This document shows positions 1-12,450 of a DNA stretch of 64,000 nucleotides, one piece after another. The DNA is from Vicugna vicugna (Eukaryota): contig MU057887.1 of the NCBI GenBank assembly GCA_013265495.1, forward strand, positions 135,985 through 199,984, given 5' to 3'. Within the stretch, counting starts at the first letter, position 1; each line of letters opens with the position of its first letter. The notes under the pieces were generated by a model that had not been told where the DNA came from, ran no database searches, and worked only from the letters and a program-made list of their open reading frames with translations. A program made the position numbers and the translations under genes.

Positions 1-1339
1 TCTCCCTAACAGATGTTTGAGTCGGTGGGACGGTGGCAGGCAGTGCCTGATTTCTCAAAGCCCTCCCTCCCGACTGCCTCTTGGGCCCTGCTGCCATTGT
101 CAAGAGAAGCTAATTTAGAGGGATTTCTCGATTTCCTGCCCTGGGTCTTGGGGAAAGTTTTGTTGCTACGTTTTGCAGTCATTTATCTGGCACCATATGT
201 ACCGGTCAATGCAGGGGAGTCAGAGGCGACCAGGCCTTAGCTCTGGCCTTCCCCCATGAAGCCTTCCTGGATTGGCCCAGGAGAATCAGCAGTCCCTCCC
301 CTGCAGCTTCACTGTCCCTGTGCCAATGATGCACCTGCAAAGTGTGCATTTGTGGCCAGGTCTTCCCCCTGCACCTGGCTGCACCCCCTGATCCATCTCT
401 GCATCCCTTGCCTATCAGAAAGGGTCTGCATGTGACAGGCTCTCATAAATGTTGGGTGGGAGGAGGGAGGAAGGAGGTGGGCTAGCACTAAATACCAACC
501 TTCCAACTGGGGCAGTCAGAGAGGCTGCATGGAGGAGGCAGCCTCTGAGTGGCTCCTGGAGTGATGGGCAGGCTGTTGCTAGGCGGCAGACACAAGAAAG
601 GATGGTGGGCTGAGGCTCCGTGGGTAGGAGGGCTAGACTGGTGAGCTCACATGGGAACCATGGAGGGAGGCAGCAAAGGGTAGGGAGCGTGCTAAGGGTG
701 CCAAGCTTTGTCTAGGAGGCAGTGGGGAGCCATGCAAGGTTCTTGAGGAGAAGCAAATGACATGTTCAGAGTAACCCTTTTCAGAAGCTCAGGCTGACAG
801 CACAAGGATGTGTGTTTATACCTTTGTCTTGAACTGAAAAAGATAAATTGTCAAATGAGAGGAAGTTAACTTGTTCTGTGTCTCATACTCCCCTCAAAGG
901 TGGACTGTGGGTAGGGATAGGGTTACAGAGCTAGGTTTGATGGAAGCCAAAATGAGGGAAAGCCTAGGCTTCAAAACCAGCCAACAGTGGACTGTCTGCT
1001 ATCAGATAGTGAGTTCCCCACCACTGGAGGTATGTAAGTGGATCTCCAGATCTAATTAGATGAGATTTATACACAAGGATTTTCCATCCGCCATCACTGC
1101 ACCCCAGTGGGTTTCCTGGGTTCTTTTCTGTTGTCTCTGCTATTGACTTCTCGTCTTCCAGACTATTCTGCCAGGTTACTCCTTTAAGGAAGAACCATTC
1201 ACACAGGAGTGTCCGTGACCCTCTTCCAGCAGTACTCACCTCTGCCAAGAAGCTCCTGCCATGGGGGCACCTAACGGAAGCCACCTTCCAGTAGGGATGG
1301 ACTTCATGGCAGCTGTGTTCTGGGTCCTTGGACCACCTG

Positions 1340-2370
1340 AAAGTCACCGTAGCCTCCCTGTTCCGAATGGCAAGCCTGTCTTTTTGTAATTAATTAGTAT
1401 TCCTTTGGGAGACACTTGGCGATTCTATAAATACCCTGTTCCTCATGGGAGTTGTGTGGGCTAGCTTTGGCCTCTGTTGCCGTTTCTCGGCTTGATTATT
1501 ACTAAAATGGGTGCCAAACAGTGACTGGGATTCCTGGTTGGCCCTTTACTGTAAGAAAGAGCCTTCTCTTCTGGTTTATTTATGTCAGTATGGACTTGTG
1601 ATTTCCCATTTTATTTGGTGGGTTAAAATCCATGACTGTATTTATCTTGATGCTCAAATTGTTCGAATTTGGCCAAGCGGGCTTAAGCCTAGCTCTGTGT
1701 CCCTCAGACACGCCCCGTCCCTCTGAGCACTTCCGTTACTTTCTAGCACCAGGAGATGCTCTGCCCAGCCTGGGAATTGCCGTTCCTCTTAGTGGAGGGT
1801 GCTCCTAAGGCCCTGGAAGCAATGTGCTAGTTGCTCTTGGGGTGTTACGGCTCCTAGGCCAGTCGGTAGACAGTTGGGGGGGTGCGTGTGTGTGTACATA
1901 AGCACGCACACACATCAACCTCGGTCTCACATTCACACTTACCTATTCCTACTGGTACCCATACGTTCACACCGACATCTACACCAGTTTCAGCCCTACC
2001 CCACGATTGTTCTAGTTTTCTCACTTTCTCTGTTTGTAATGTCTCTTCTCTGACAGTGACAGACTGGCTTCTGCTGCCCCTGCTTGTCCGACTTGCCACG
2101 TGTCTGACGACCCTGTGTGGCCGCCTCTCACTCACTGAGGCTCCATTACCGCTCGGGCTGCCCTGCCCCCACCCAGCACCTTCCGGCTTGCACACTTGGC
2201 TGCAAACCTTGGGTCTCCTCTCATGCCTCTGGCTCCGGTGCTGTCCCCACCCTGCCTGGGCTCAGACACCTCCCTCGGGCTGTCGTCGCTCCTGTCCCCA
2301 CCCCGCCCAGGCCGGCTTAGTCGCTGACTCCAGGAGGCGGGTGGTTGGGGAGATTGATTTATAACATTTG
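1340..2370 (-). mobile_element. Old L1 3'-end fragments (L1MC-like)
   Basis: Degenerate resemblance to remembered L1MC 3' UTR sequence; boundaries approximate. Confidence 0.45.
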
Positions 2371-2976
2371 CAGATTTCTGTGGTGACACTCCTGCCACTG
2401 TGGCCAGTGTTCCCCCTGGACACAGGCCTGGGAGGAAATGGGCGGCTGTCACCTCTGTGTCCGTTCCACCCCTCAGATGCAGCAGGCAGAACAGCACAGG
2501 GATGCCAGCCTTCCGGGCTCAGCCCAGTGGCTTTGGACTGAATTACTCAGGAAGGACGGGGGGCAGCAAGCTGAGAAGTGCCTTGTTTACGTGGGCGCCT
2601 CGTGCTGCGGGTGGCTGTGCTGAGGCTCGGCTGTCCCTGCTACGTGAGCACACAGCTAAGTCCCCCACCCGGGGCCGACTCCCAGCAGAGGTGGGGCTGT
2701 TGCCAAGTTGCTGTCCAATGTGTGTCCCCAGCCTCGGCCCCAGAGTGAGCACCTGTCAGTGGGGGCTCTGATCTTGCAAACTGTGAAGTGCGGCGTGTAC
2801 ACTGGCGGTGGTGGCCATGGAGTCCTGACAGTCTCCTACTTTTGGTTCAGTGTCCTTAAATTGGCCAGAAAACGGAAGGTTCTGAGACTTGTCGTCGAGG
2901 CCCCGGCTCTGCGGTCTGCAGCTTAGAGCGTGTGTCTGCGTCTCGTGCTCTGAAGCCGTCTCCCCTCCCTCCACAG

Positions 2977-3063
2977 GCACAGGAAGAACCTGAAGGCCCT
3001 GTACGTCGTGCACCCCACCAACTTCATCAGAGTCCTGTGGAACATCCTCAGACCCCTCATCAG
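2977..3063 (+). CDS. ARHGAP8: ARHGAP8 exon, BCH domain ([29 protein letters not shown])
   Basis: ccacag|G...ATCAG|gtgcgg; 87 nt, phase 2-2; contains the BCH signature [11 protein letters not shown]. Confidence 0.95.
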
Positions 3064-4099
3064 GTGCGGGGCGCGCTCTGCCCGGATGTCCCTGGGTGGG
3101 ACAGCCTTCACCGTCCGGGCGCCAGGGAGGCCTGACCCTGGGGTCCCCGCCCAGCCCGGGGTCGTGAACAGGCGTGCCGGCTCTCGACCGCGGCGAGGTT
3201 TGCTCCTGGTGTTTTAAATCCCTCCTTGGCCTGAGCACCCATCTTGTGCTCTCGGGTCCCGAGACCACCGCCGAGTTTAATGGCTCCCCACGAGGACTCC
3301 CCGAACCCAGGAAAGCTGTTATACTCGCAGGTACGGTCTCTGCAGAGAAGGAGCCAGGTGGGGTCTGGAAAAGGCCTGTAGGGGGAGAACAGGCAGATGA
3401 CGCCAAGCCGCCCGCTGTCCGCCCCGGGGGATTCACAGGCCACCCCCGGTCTCCCAGCCACGACGTGTGGCCCCAGCAGCGTGTCGCACCCAGGGAAACT
3501 CGCGCGAGCCTGGTGTCCAGTCACCTAGACAGGCCAGTCTGAGGCCCCCGCCGTGAACCACGTGGTTGGCGTCTCGTTCCTCTGTGTTGCCGCTTAACCA
3601 GGACCAGCATGCTGGGGCCACGGCTGACAGAGACAGAAAGCCGGTGCCGGCTCCCCGCTGCCCGGGAGGGCAGTTCAGATGTTCCTCTGCTTATTGGTGC
3701 CATCGTTCACCTTGGGGAAGCCCTGAGGGTTCTGGAAACCTCTAAAGTCCTTCTTGGAAGAACACCCCCCAGCTCCTGCTGTGGGCGGCATGGCCGCCCG
3801 GGTGACAGGGTGGTTCTGGAGCCGGACCTCCTGGCTTGACTGGGCTGCCCTGAACATCTGTCACCCTTGGCAATAGACGCCACATGCCACCTCTCTGCCT
3901 CGGTGTCCTTGTGGCTGACAACGCTGCTTCAGTCATTCTGCCGCTGTACCAAGAACTGACTCAATACACGTGCAGTGTTTTGAGCAGGGCCTGCCCAGCG
4001 CTAGCAAACACTCACTATTAGCTGCTAGGGTTGTTTAAAATTTTTTTTAATTATCCTTTTATGATTAATTAATTAATTACAATACATGGGGTACTTTAT

Positions 4100-4258
4100 A
4101 TGCAAGGCGCCCCCAAACAATTCTATGAAGTCAGCTATATTTCCTTATTCCAAAGGAGAGGAGGCTGATGCTCAGAGAGGTTAAGGAGCTTGCCTGAGGT
4201 CACACAGCAAGTCAGGGCTTGGCTGGGATTCCAACTCAAGCCTGTCTGGTCCTGCCCC
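4100..4258. mobile_element. MIR SINE
   Basis: MIR core gctcagagaggttaaggagcttgcctgaggtcacacagc. Confidence 0.7.
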
Positions 4259-4849
4259 TTATCCTGCCTCAGGCAGGAACATAAGCAGGTACCATGAGCG
4301 GTCTGCAGAGATCAGGCCTGGGGCCCTAAAACTCCCCAGCCTGATGGCTATCACCTGGCTGGCTGCCCACCTGAACCCGGGAGTCCTCAGCTGACAGTGG
4401 AGGACATGGACAAGAACAGGGGCTCTCCACTGCCCACGTGCTGCCTGACTCCGACCCTCTGGAGGTGAGGCCTGGCGATGCCACCACTCACCCGCGCTGG
4501 GGTCCCCTGGATGGGCTGCCAAGAGGCCCTTTCCTGGGTGTGATAGGCAGGGAGGGCCCTGTTTGCTCTGCAGAGCCTGCCATCCAGCAAATGCCTGGCT
4601 GGCTGGAGGGCAGGCAGAAACTCAGAGAGAAAGTTGAAGGGGGCTCCTGCATGACAGGAGTTGGCACAAGGGACCTGTGTCCTTGCAGACAAATCACGGG
4701 AGGCCCCCACAGTGCAAGTGGCCAGGGGTCCGGGCACCCTGTCTGACTCCCCCTCATCCACTAGGGGGAGCCGGTGCACGCGGCTCCGCCTCCCGTGGGC
4801 TCCGGGCTCTCGCCAGGTCAGTGATAAAACAGCTCGGTTTCAGTTACAC

Positions 4850-5145
4850 AAGGTGAAGAGGTTTTAGAGACCTGCAGGACCGCGAAGAGCCTGCAGTGAA
4901 CAATACGGTATCGTGCTCTTGAAAACTCGTTAAGAGGGTACCCCTCATGTTAAGTTAAAAAGAAAAAAAAAGCAAAGGGCCACAGGGAAACCTGTAGGAG
5001 CATGGTTATACTTGCTACCTGATTGTGGTGCTGGTGTCCCAGTGTATACATACGTCCAAACTCATCGAGCTTGGACGATTTCACGATCGAATTGTGAAAT
5101 GCATCAAATTGTGTGTATATCAGTCAGACTTCAACAGAGCTGGAA
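4850..5145 (+). mobile_element. L1M 3'-terminal fragments
   Basis: Motifs such as gattgtggtgctggt...tatacatacgtccaaactcatc, typical of old L1 3' ends. Confidence 0.55.
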
Positions 5146-5897
5146 ACCACGGAGCCGTCAGGTGGTGATCATTCACTAGGTGCTGACGTGGGCCCGGCGT
5201 TTAACTTCTGTGCCTCCTGGTCGCCCCACTTTGCAGCTGGGGAAACTGAGGCTCGTTAATGACGATAGTCATGGACTGTGATGTCTGCCAGGTGTCAGAC
5301 AGCGGACTGGTTTAAGTAGCCTCCTATTTACGCAGGAGAACTGACCCCATTCGGGGGGAGGGCAGGGGTCCTGAAAGGTGGGCGAGTGGATTCCGCCAGG
5401 ACTTACCTGCGTCATGCCTGCTCCATGGTGGACCCCTGGGGGGACCCAGGGTGTCTTGTTCGGTCCCTGCAGTAACGCGGAATTGGATGTGGTCACCACC
5501 CTCGCCGAGAGGGGGACTGGGGGATTCAAATGTGCAACCAGCAGCGACCCCAGAGGCCACAGGCCCCACGAGCCCCTCTCCGTGCCCCTCTCTGCCCCGG
5601 CGGCGCAGGGCTCCCCGGCTCCCGCTCTCCTCCATCTGTGCAAATTCACCGCAATTCAAACTGGAGGCACATATTTATTTTTATGCAGATGAGACTCTCC
5701 GGAGTATTTGGTGCATCCGAGATCTTATGAAAGCGAACATCTGCAGACGTGCGCTGCCTCTGTTACATCCTGGCTTTAGGTTGTGTCAGCATTTACATTT
5801 TCTTAATATGAAAAATGCCAGCATCTCTGTTCTTCCAGGGCTCCCGCTGCCAGCCCCCTCCCCGGCCCCCGGCCTCTCTCTCGCCACCTTATCGGGG

Positions 5898-5943
<46 letters not shown>
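5898..5943 (+). repeat. Poly-T tract (T10-CTC-T33) at an ARHGAP8 acceptor
   Basis: Directly visible; ends 20 nt before the exon at 5964. Confidence 0.95.
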
Positions 5944-5947
<4 letters not shown>

Positions 5948-5963
5948 GCTTCTGCTTTTTCAG

Positions 5964-6062
5964 TCACAAGTTTGGGAAAAAAGTCACCTATTTCAACTAT
6001 CTGAGTGAGCTCCGTGAACACCTCAAAGACGACCAGCTGATCGTCCCCCCGGAGGTGCTGCG
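5964..6062 (+). CDS. ARHGAP8: ARHGAP8 exon, BCH end ([33 protein letters not shown])
   Basis: tttcag|T...CTGCG|gtgaga; 99 nt, phase 2-2. Confidence 0.95.
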
Positions 6063-7370
6063 GTGAGACCCTGTCCCGGGAGGTGGGGACTGGACCCCCA
6101 GGCTTCCGCAGCCTCCGTCCCATCCTGTGAACACTGAAGGCTTAATTTCCAAATGTGTGCCCGGCCAGATCTGGTTGTGAAATCTGCAGCCTCAACAAAG
6201 ATTCGCAGTAAAAGATGCTAACTGCTGACGCAGGGAGACGAGGCTGCGGATGGCTGTGTACACGGAGGCGATGCTTTCCTCACCCACCGTTGCAGAACTG
6301 ATTAAAAAAAATAAGCCACGACGGGGAATGCTGTTTGCTGCCTTAGAGTTGACCGCTTTTGCTTTTGAGCAGAAAATTAGGGGGATTTCTAATTCTAGGG
6401 AATGTGGATAATGCTGTGTACAGAATGGAATGTTCTCCAGCACATCGCAGGTGCTCTGGAGAGCAGCCCACCTGGTGCTTCTGGCTGAAAGCCTGTCTAA
6501 CGTGTCTGCTACTTTGTTTTATATGGCAGTGGTCCACCACCCGCCCCGCCCCCAGCGACAGTCTCTCAGGTAGGGTCAGGCGGGCTGAGAGGGCCCAGAG
6601 GGCCGTGTGGTCGGCCCTGGCCCCCTACTGTCAGCTCCGGGCAAAGCCGGATCTCTGAGCCCTCCCTGAGTGCCCTCCGCCCTTTGCATCTCCCTCTCTG
6701 GGGGGGCTTCTTTGAAGGAGCAGGGCCCCTGCTAAGCTGCATGCGGGTGAATCCACAGCCCTGCAGGAGGAGTGACAGTGTTTCGCTCCCTCTGGGTGCC
6801 AAGTCACAGCCAGGTTCTGGGGATATCAAGCTGTGTTAGGGAGTGTGTCTGCCCACAGGACACTTGCAGGTAGTGGGGCCACAAGTCAGTGACAGTAGGA
6901 GCTGAAAGAGGCACTGAACCCAGCTGGGGAGGGGACTAGTGAGGAGGGATATCAGGGAAGGCTTCCAGGAGGAGGTGACTCCTGAAGTGAGTTTCAGAGG
7001 GACAGTTGGCTAGATCGAGAGGCCAGGGAAGGATGTTTCTAGCAGAGGGAAGCCGTTGTGTAGACACGTGGGTGAAATATTGGCCAGGGGTTGGCAGGAG
7101 AGACTGGATGCTGGATAGAGGTTGGATTACCCTTGCTGGCTTCTGTGTGAACACCCCATGGCTACGGGGATCTCGAGGGTGCATGTGTCTGTGTGTGCAC
7201 ATGCGAGACAGCAGTATGACACACAGGCCTGGAAGATGAGACCCTCAGGTCTCCTGCAGACATTTGTCGGACATCTGGCCCCAGACAGCCCCTGGAGGTG
7301 GCCCTTGGTGGCCCGAGGCTTCTCCCTGCACGGTGACATGGTGACAGCTGTACTTCTGTTGTGTCCCCAG

Positions 7371-7481
7371 GCACGACGAGGAGCTTCGGAACCTGCACAC
7401 AGGCAGGCTGCCCCCTCCCACCAAGACGCCGCCGCCGCGGCCCCCTCTGCCCACCCAGCAGTTTGGAGTCAGTCTGAAATA
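7371..7481 (+). CDS. ARHGAP8: ARHGAP8 exon, Pro-rich linker ([37 protein letters not shown])
   Basis: ccccag|G...AAATA|gtaagt; 111 nt, phase 2-2; PPPRPPLP ligand motif and FGVSL start of the RhoGAP fold. Confidence 0.95.
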
Positions 7482-9078
7482 GTAAGTGAGCTGGGACGTG
7501 GTCTGCTCTGCTTCCTGGAACCGCGGAGCGCTTCCGCGTGCTGGGAGCTTTTCCCGACCTCTCCTCCAGCAGCCAAGCTTAACCCTGCAGGGAAGCTGAA
7601 GTGTGAGCTTGTCACTGAGGCTGGAGTGCCCGTCGCTGCTGTGTGTGTCCATGTGTCTCTGTGCAGAGGACCCAGCAGCGGGTGGGGAGGGCATCAGGGA
7701 CCTGGGGTCCTCGTCCAGCTTTTGTCACCACTGCTCACTGGCCAGTTCTGGCCCGTGACCCCCAGGCCATGGCCGGGACGCCTCCCACCACCTTCCACGT
7801 GAGCTGTGGCCACATGCTTTGCTCTGGCCGAGGAGATAGGAGTGGCCATGGGGTGGGTCACATCCAGGAGGGAGCTTTGGGGGCCAATTCATGGTTTGCC
7901 TCTCGTGGTGACAGACACAGCTGGACATGGTGCCCAGCCGGCCTGTGTCCCCGAGTGACTACAGAGTGTCTCCCACTGACACCTACACCGATGGGGAGCA
8001 CGAGTGACAGGTGAACTTCTGTTGGGCTCAGCTGCCCGTATTTAGGGACCGTTGTTGTTGCAGTGTACCCTCCCCTTCCTGACCGACCTTAGCCTTATTA
8101 GCCATTAGCCATGTGACCTTGAACTCACTCCCCCTCTCAGCTTGTTTCCTTATTTCTGCAGTCAGGGAGCTGGATGATGTGATCTTTACTTCTTGTTAAG
8201 GCTTCTGGGGCTACCTCTGCAGGCCAGCTTCGTCTCTTTGAAGACATCCCAACGGTACCTCCTCCAAGAAGCCCTCCCTGATGCTACAGGCGGCCCACAG
8301 GGCCCTCCTCCGTGGCAGCCTCGATCTGAGCAGGCTGCCGTGGGGAGTCTCCCCTGCCATCTCCCCTGCCCAGTGGCGAGCTCCTGCCCATCCTCCTCAC
8401 CTCTTCTTCCAGCATCTGGGATGACGGAAGGTGAAGGGCTTGTTTTAACCACACAACCACCATCGGGCACTTGGGTCTGAGCTGCCTGATGCAGAGGGAA
8501 GCCGGGGCCTGGAGGGTTGTGGATCCCGGGGAGCAGTCTGCTCGCTTTCATTTGTTCGTCGTTTCTGGTCAGAACCTTGCATGTGCTCTGCATGTGGTGC
8601 CCTGTAGACCTAGGCTGGTTCTTGTAACACTGAAGGGTTATGAACTGAGGTGGCTCTGGGAGAGCCCAGGCCAGGGAAGGCGGCGGGAGTGCCACCTTGG
8701 GTGTGTCCCAGCAGCTAAAGATGGACTGTCACTTTCTATAACTTTGTGCGGTGGTGGACATGATCTGTACTGTCCACATGTGAGTTTTTGAGCAGTGCAG
8801 GTGAGGCACGAAATGTCTAACTTTATTTAGCTTTAACTGCTTTGAACTGAGATGCCCACTGGCTGCCTGGGGGGCCGTGAGGCCCTGGACTGCGGGGTGT
8901 GGTGTTTCTTCAGAGAGGCTTTTTGTAAGCGCTTAGTGAGTATAGTGTATGTTCAAATGTGATCTCCCTAAATGTGTCTGGAGGAAAAGTTTACCAAACA
9001 GCGCTTCCTTTTCCTTTGTCACTCATTGTAAAAACGTGCTGGCGTGACCCACTTGTGTGGTGTGACTGGGGAACGCGC

Positions 9079-9113
9079 CTGCAGTGACCCTGGGCCCCTC
9101 TGGGGGGCGCTGG
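9079..9113 (+). promoter_or_regulatory. Candidate CTCF site with upstream (U) module
   Basis: CTGCAGTGACC-spacer-CCTCTGGGGGGCGCTG; motif match by eye only. Confidence 0.5.
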
Positions 9114-10409
9114 CGAGAACGTGGTGCTCAGAGGCGGGTTCTAGGGAGGTTTAGTCGGCAGGGCCTGGATTTTCAAGCACCTGTGACCATTTCCCCAGAG
9201 TTTCCGAGGCTCCTGCTGTCGGCCCTGTGTGCTCAGCCCAATATGGGTTCTGTGTGCGGGTGTGACCTGACACACGGGGGTCCAGAGCGGCTATGTCGAA
9301 GCCGCTGGCATTTCTGTCATCAATCCCTTAGCCCGAGGACTAGCAGTGCCTCCTGGTTTGCCTTTTCAGAACCACTTCTGTCCCCTTACCATCTAACAAA
9401 GCTTAAAAAAGGAAAAAAAAAAAAGGAAACTCACCCAACTCGTGGACTTCTGAAGCCATCCACCTGAGCACAGCGCAGGGGGCTGTCTGTAATTTAACCC
9501 AGCCCTCTGAAGCTCCCCAGGGCACCTTAAGCCTTGTGTTTCGAGCAGGTGCCTTTTGAAAACGGCTGACGCAGCATTTGAACCCCAGAGCTGTCAGCAG
9601 ATGGGAGGCGCATAGTACAGATGTCTGTTATGAAGGCTTGGTTCACCCCTGTCCCAGGACTGGCTGTAACTGTGCACATCAGTTCCTTGTGTCTTTAGGG
9701 AGTGAGGCGTACCAGTGGGCAACCTTTGAAAAACATGCTGCACGTGCCCCTTTGAGAGAGAATCCATGCAATTGCCTCTTTAAATGAATATTTTATGCTG
9801 TTTCATTGCGAATGACTATAATAAAATGGCAATAAGCACATTAAATAAAGCACCAAATATGTAATTTGTTTGGACTATGAATGAATGAATGTCATTAAAA
9901 TTCATAAGCAGATCCTATTCACAAATGTTAATTCACTGAGTGAAGTTCAAAAGCACAGACAGGAAGTTATCACCTTAGAACAAGCTAATTAAGTTAACAT
10001 ATTAAGGGGAAGTCAGAGATTCAAAGAGGCCTTCGCCTGCTTGCCGTCCCCGAAGAGAGACAGGGAAGACGTACGTGTGTGTTTAGTACAGCCCTGTCTG
10101 GGCAGCTGTAGGGGGGTGGGAAGAGGGAGGGGCCTCTGTCAGCGGAGGAGGGGCACAGGTCCCAGTCCAGCTCCAGCACTTTCCAGCTTCGGGAAGTCGA
10201 GCTTGGCGTGTAACTTCTCACGCCAGTCTCTTTCCCTGTAACTATAGGTGAAACCCTGCCCTCTGCACCCTCCAGGGGCACGGGATCTTAACAGGGTGTG
10301 CAGACAATGCGAGCTAGTTCCTGCTGCCCTCAAATTTGTGCTTTGCTCTTATTCACCCTCATAGTCCCCTCCTCCAGGAAGCCTTCCCTGATGGCGCCAC
10401 ACAGATGGG

Positions 10410-12450
10410 GATTTGTCGAAAAGGCTATTCTTTCCCCCACTGGATTGCCTTGGCACCCTTGTAAAGAACTAATTGACCATGAAAGTAAGCGTTAATTTCT
10501 GGGCTCTCATTCTGTTCCATTGATCTGTGTGCTGGTGCCATCAATCTTTATTGCTGGAGCTCGATGGTAGGTTTTGCAGTTGGGAAATGCGACTCTTTCG
10601 ACTTTGTTCTTTTCCAAGATGATTTCAGCTCTTCTGGGTCCTTGGAATTTCCGTATTCATTTTAGGATCAGCTTGTCAATTCCGCAACAACAACAAAAAA
10701 GCAGTGGGGTTTCAGGAGGGACAGTGCTGTCTCTGTAGGCCCACGTGGGAGGTATTACCATTTTAACAGTGTTGTCTTCCAATTCACGAGCAGGGGATAT
10801 CTTTCCATTTATTTGAATCTTTTAAATTTCTTTCAGTGATATTTTATAGTTTTCAATGGACCAGTTTTGAACTTTTTTGCTATATTTTTTAAAGTATTTT
10901 TTCTTTGTGATGCTATTGTAAATCAAATTGTTTTCTTAATTTCATTTTTTGATTGTTCATTGCTAGTGTATAGCCATACAGTTGATTTTTTATACTGATT
11001 TTATATCCTGTGACCTCGCTGAACTCACTTATTAGTTTGAATAGGTTTTTGTGATTTTTTTTTCAGTATTTTCTATATCCAAGGTCATGTCATCTGCAAA
11101 TGGACATAGTTATTTTTTTCCAACCTGGGTGCCTTTCATTTCCTTTTCTTGTCTGATTGCACTGGCTATGCCCTCCAGTACAATGCTGAATAGAAGTGGT
11201 GACGGCGGGGGTGGGGGGTATAGCTTCGTGGTAAAATGCATGCTTAGTAAGTGCAAAGTCCCAAGTTCAATTCTTAGTACCGCCACTAAAATTTTTTTTT
11301 AAATTAAGAATAATTAAAAAAAATAAAGTAGTGAGAGTGACGTCCTTGTTTTGTTCTTGATCTTAGAGGAAAGCGTTTCAGTCTTTTACCATTAAGTCTG
11401 ATGCCAGCTGTGGGTTTTTCATAGACGCCTTTTATCAGGTTGAGGAAAATCCCTCCTGTTCCTGCTTTGTTGAGTGTTGGTTTTTTTTCTTTCATGAAAA
11501 GGTGTTGGATTTTGTCATGCTTCCTTTGTTCTGTTGAGATGATCACTTGACTTTGGTCCCTCATTCTATTAATGTGGTTACACTGGTTGCCTTTCATATG
11601 TTGAACGAACCTTATACTTCTGGGATATATCACACGTGTTCACAGTATGTAATCTTTTTATATGTGGCTAGATTTGCTCTGCTAACGTTTTGTTGAGGAT
11701 TTTGTGTCCACGTATAAGAAATATTGATCTGTAGTCTTGTCTTGTGATGTCCTTGTCTGGTTTTGGTGTTACTAGCCTCACAGGAGGAACTGGAAAACGT
11801 TCCCTCCTCTTCTATTTTTTGGAAGCGTTTGTGCAGGATTTCTCTGAACATTTGGTAAAGTGCACTAGTGAAGCCATCTGATCTTGAGGTTTTGTTTGAG
11901 GCAAGTTTTCTTGATTACTCATTCAGTCTGTTTACTTGCCATTCTATTCAGATTTTTTATTTCTTCTTGAGTCAGTTTTGGTAGTTTGTGTTTCTCTAGC
12001 AGTTTATCCGTTTCATCTCAGTGACCTTATTGTTTGGCACTGAGTTGTTCATAGTGCTCCCTTACACTTTTTGATTTCTGTGACGTCACTAGTCAGGGAC
12101 CCTCTTCATTCCTGATTGCAGTGATTGAATCTCCTCCCTTTTCTTTCTTAGCCTTAGCTAGAGCCGTGTCAATTTCATCTACAGCCTTGTCGATTTCATC
12201 GATCTTTTCAAGGAGCCGACCTTTGGTTTTCATGACTTTTCTCTATTATTTTTCTATTCTCTGTTTACTTCACTCTAATCTTTATTGTTTCCTTTCTTCT
12301 GCTTGTTTTGGGTTTAATTTGCTCTTCTGTTTCTAGTTTCTTAGGGTGGAAGTTTGGTTGTCGATCTGAGATCTTCCTTCTTTTCAATACAGGCGTTTAC
12401 AGCTGTAAGTTTCTCTGAGCCCTGCTTCAGATGCGTCCCGTAAGCGCCAG
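10410..12450 (-). mobile_element. Degenerate LINE-1 ORF2 region, antisense in an ARHGAP8 intron
   Basis: T-rich + strand; minus-strand remnants (EKPTAGIRLNGKRLKRFPLRSRTKQG) resemble L1 ORF2p reverse transcriptase; many stops and frameshifts. Confidence 0.9.
11203..11324 (+). mobile_element. tRNA-derived SINE (camelid Vic-1-like) inserted in L1
   Basis: G-rich head, degenerate A/B boxes, AT-rich tail; imperfect TSD aagtggtga/aagtagtga; L1 sequence continues on both sides. Confidence 0.75.

Noticed and set aside
1..2976. PRR5-ARHGAP8 read-through and upstream ARHGAP8 exons
   Set aside because: Known in human but cannot be judged here; no further coding exon was recognised in this interval.
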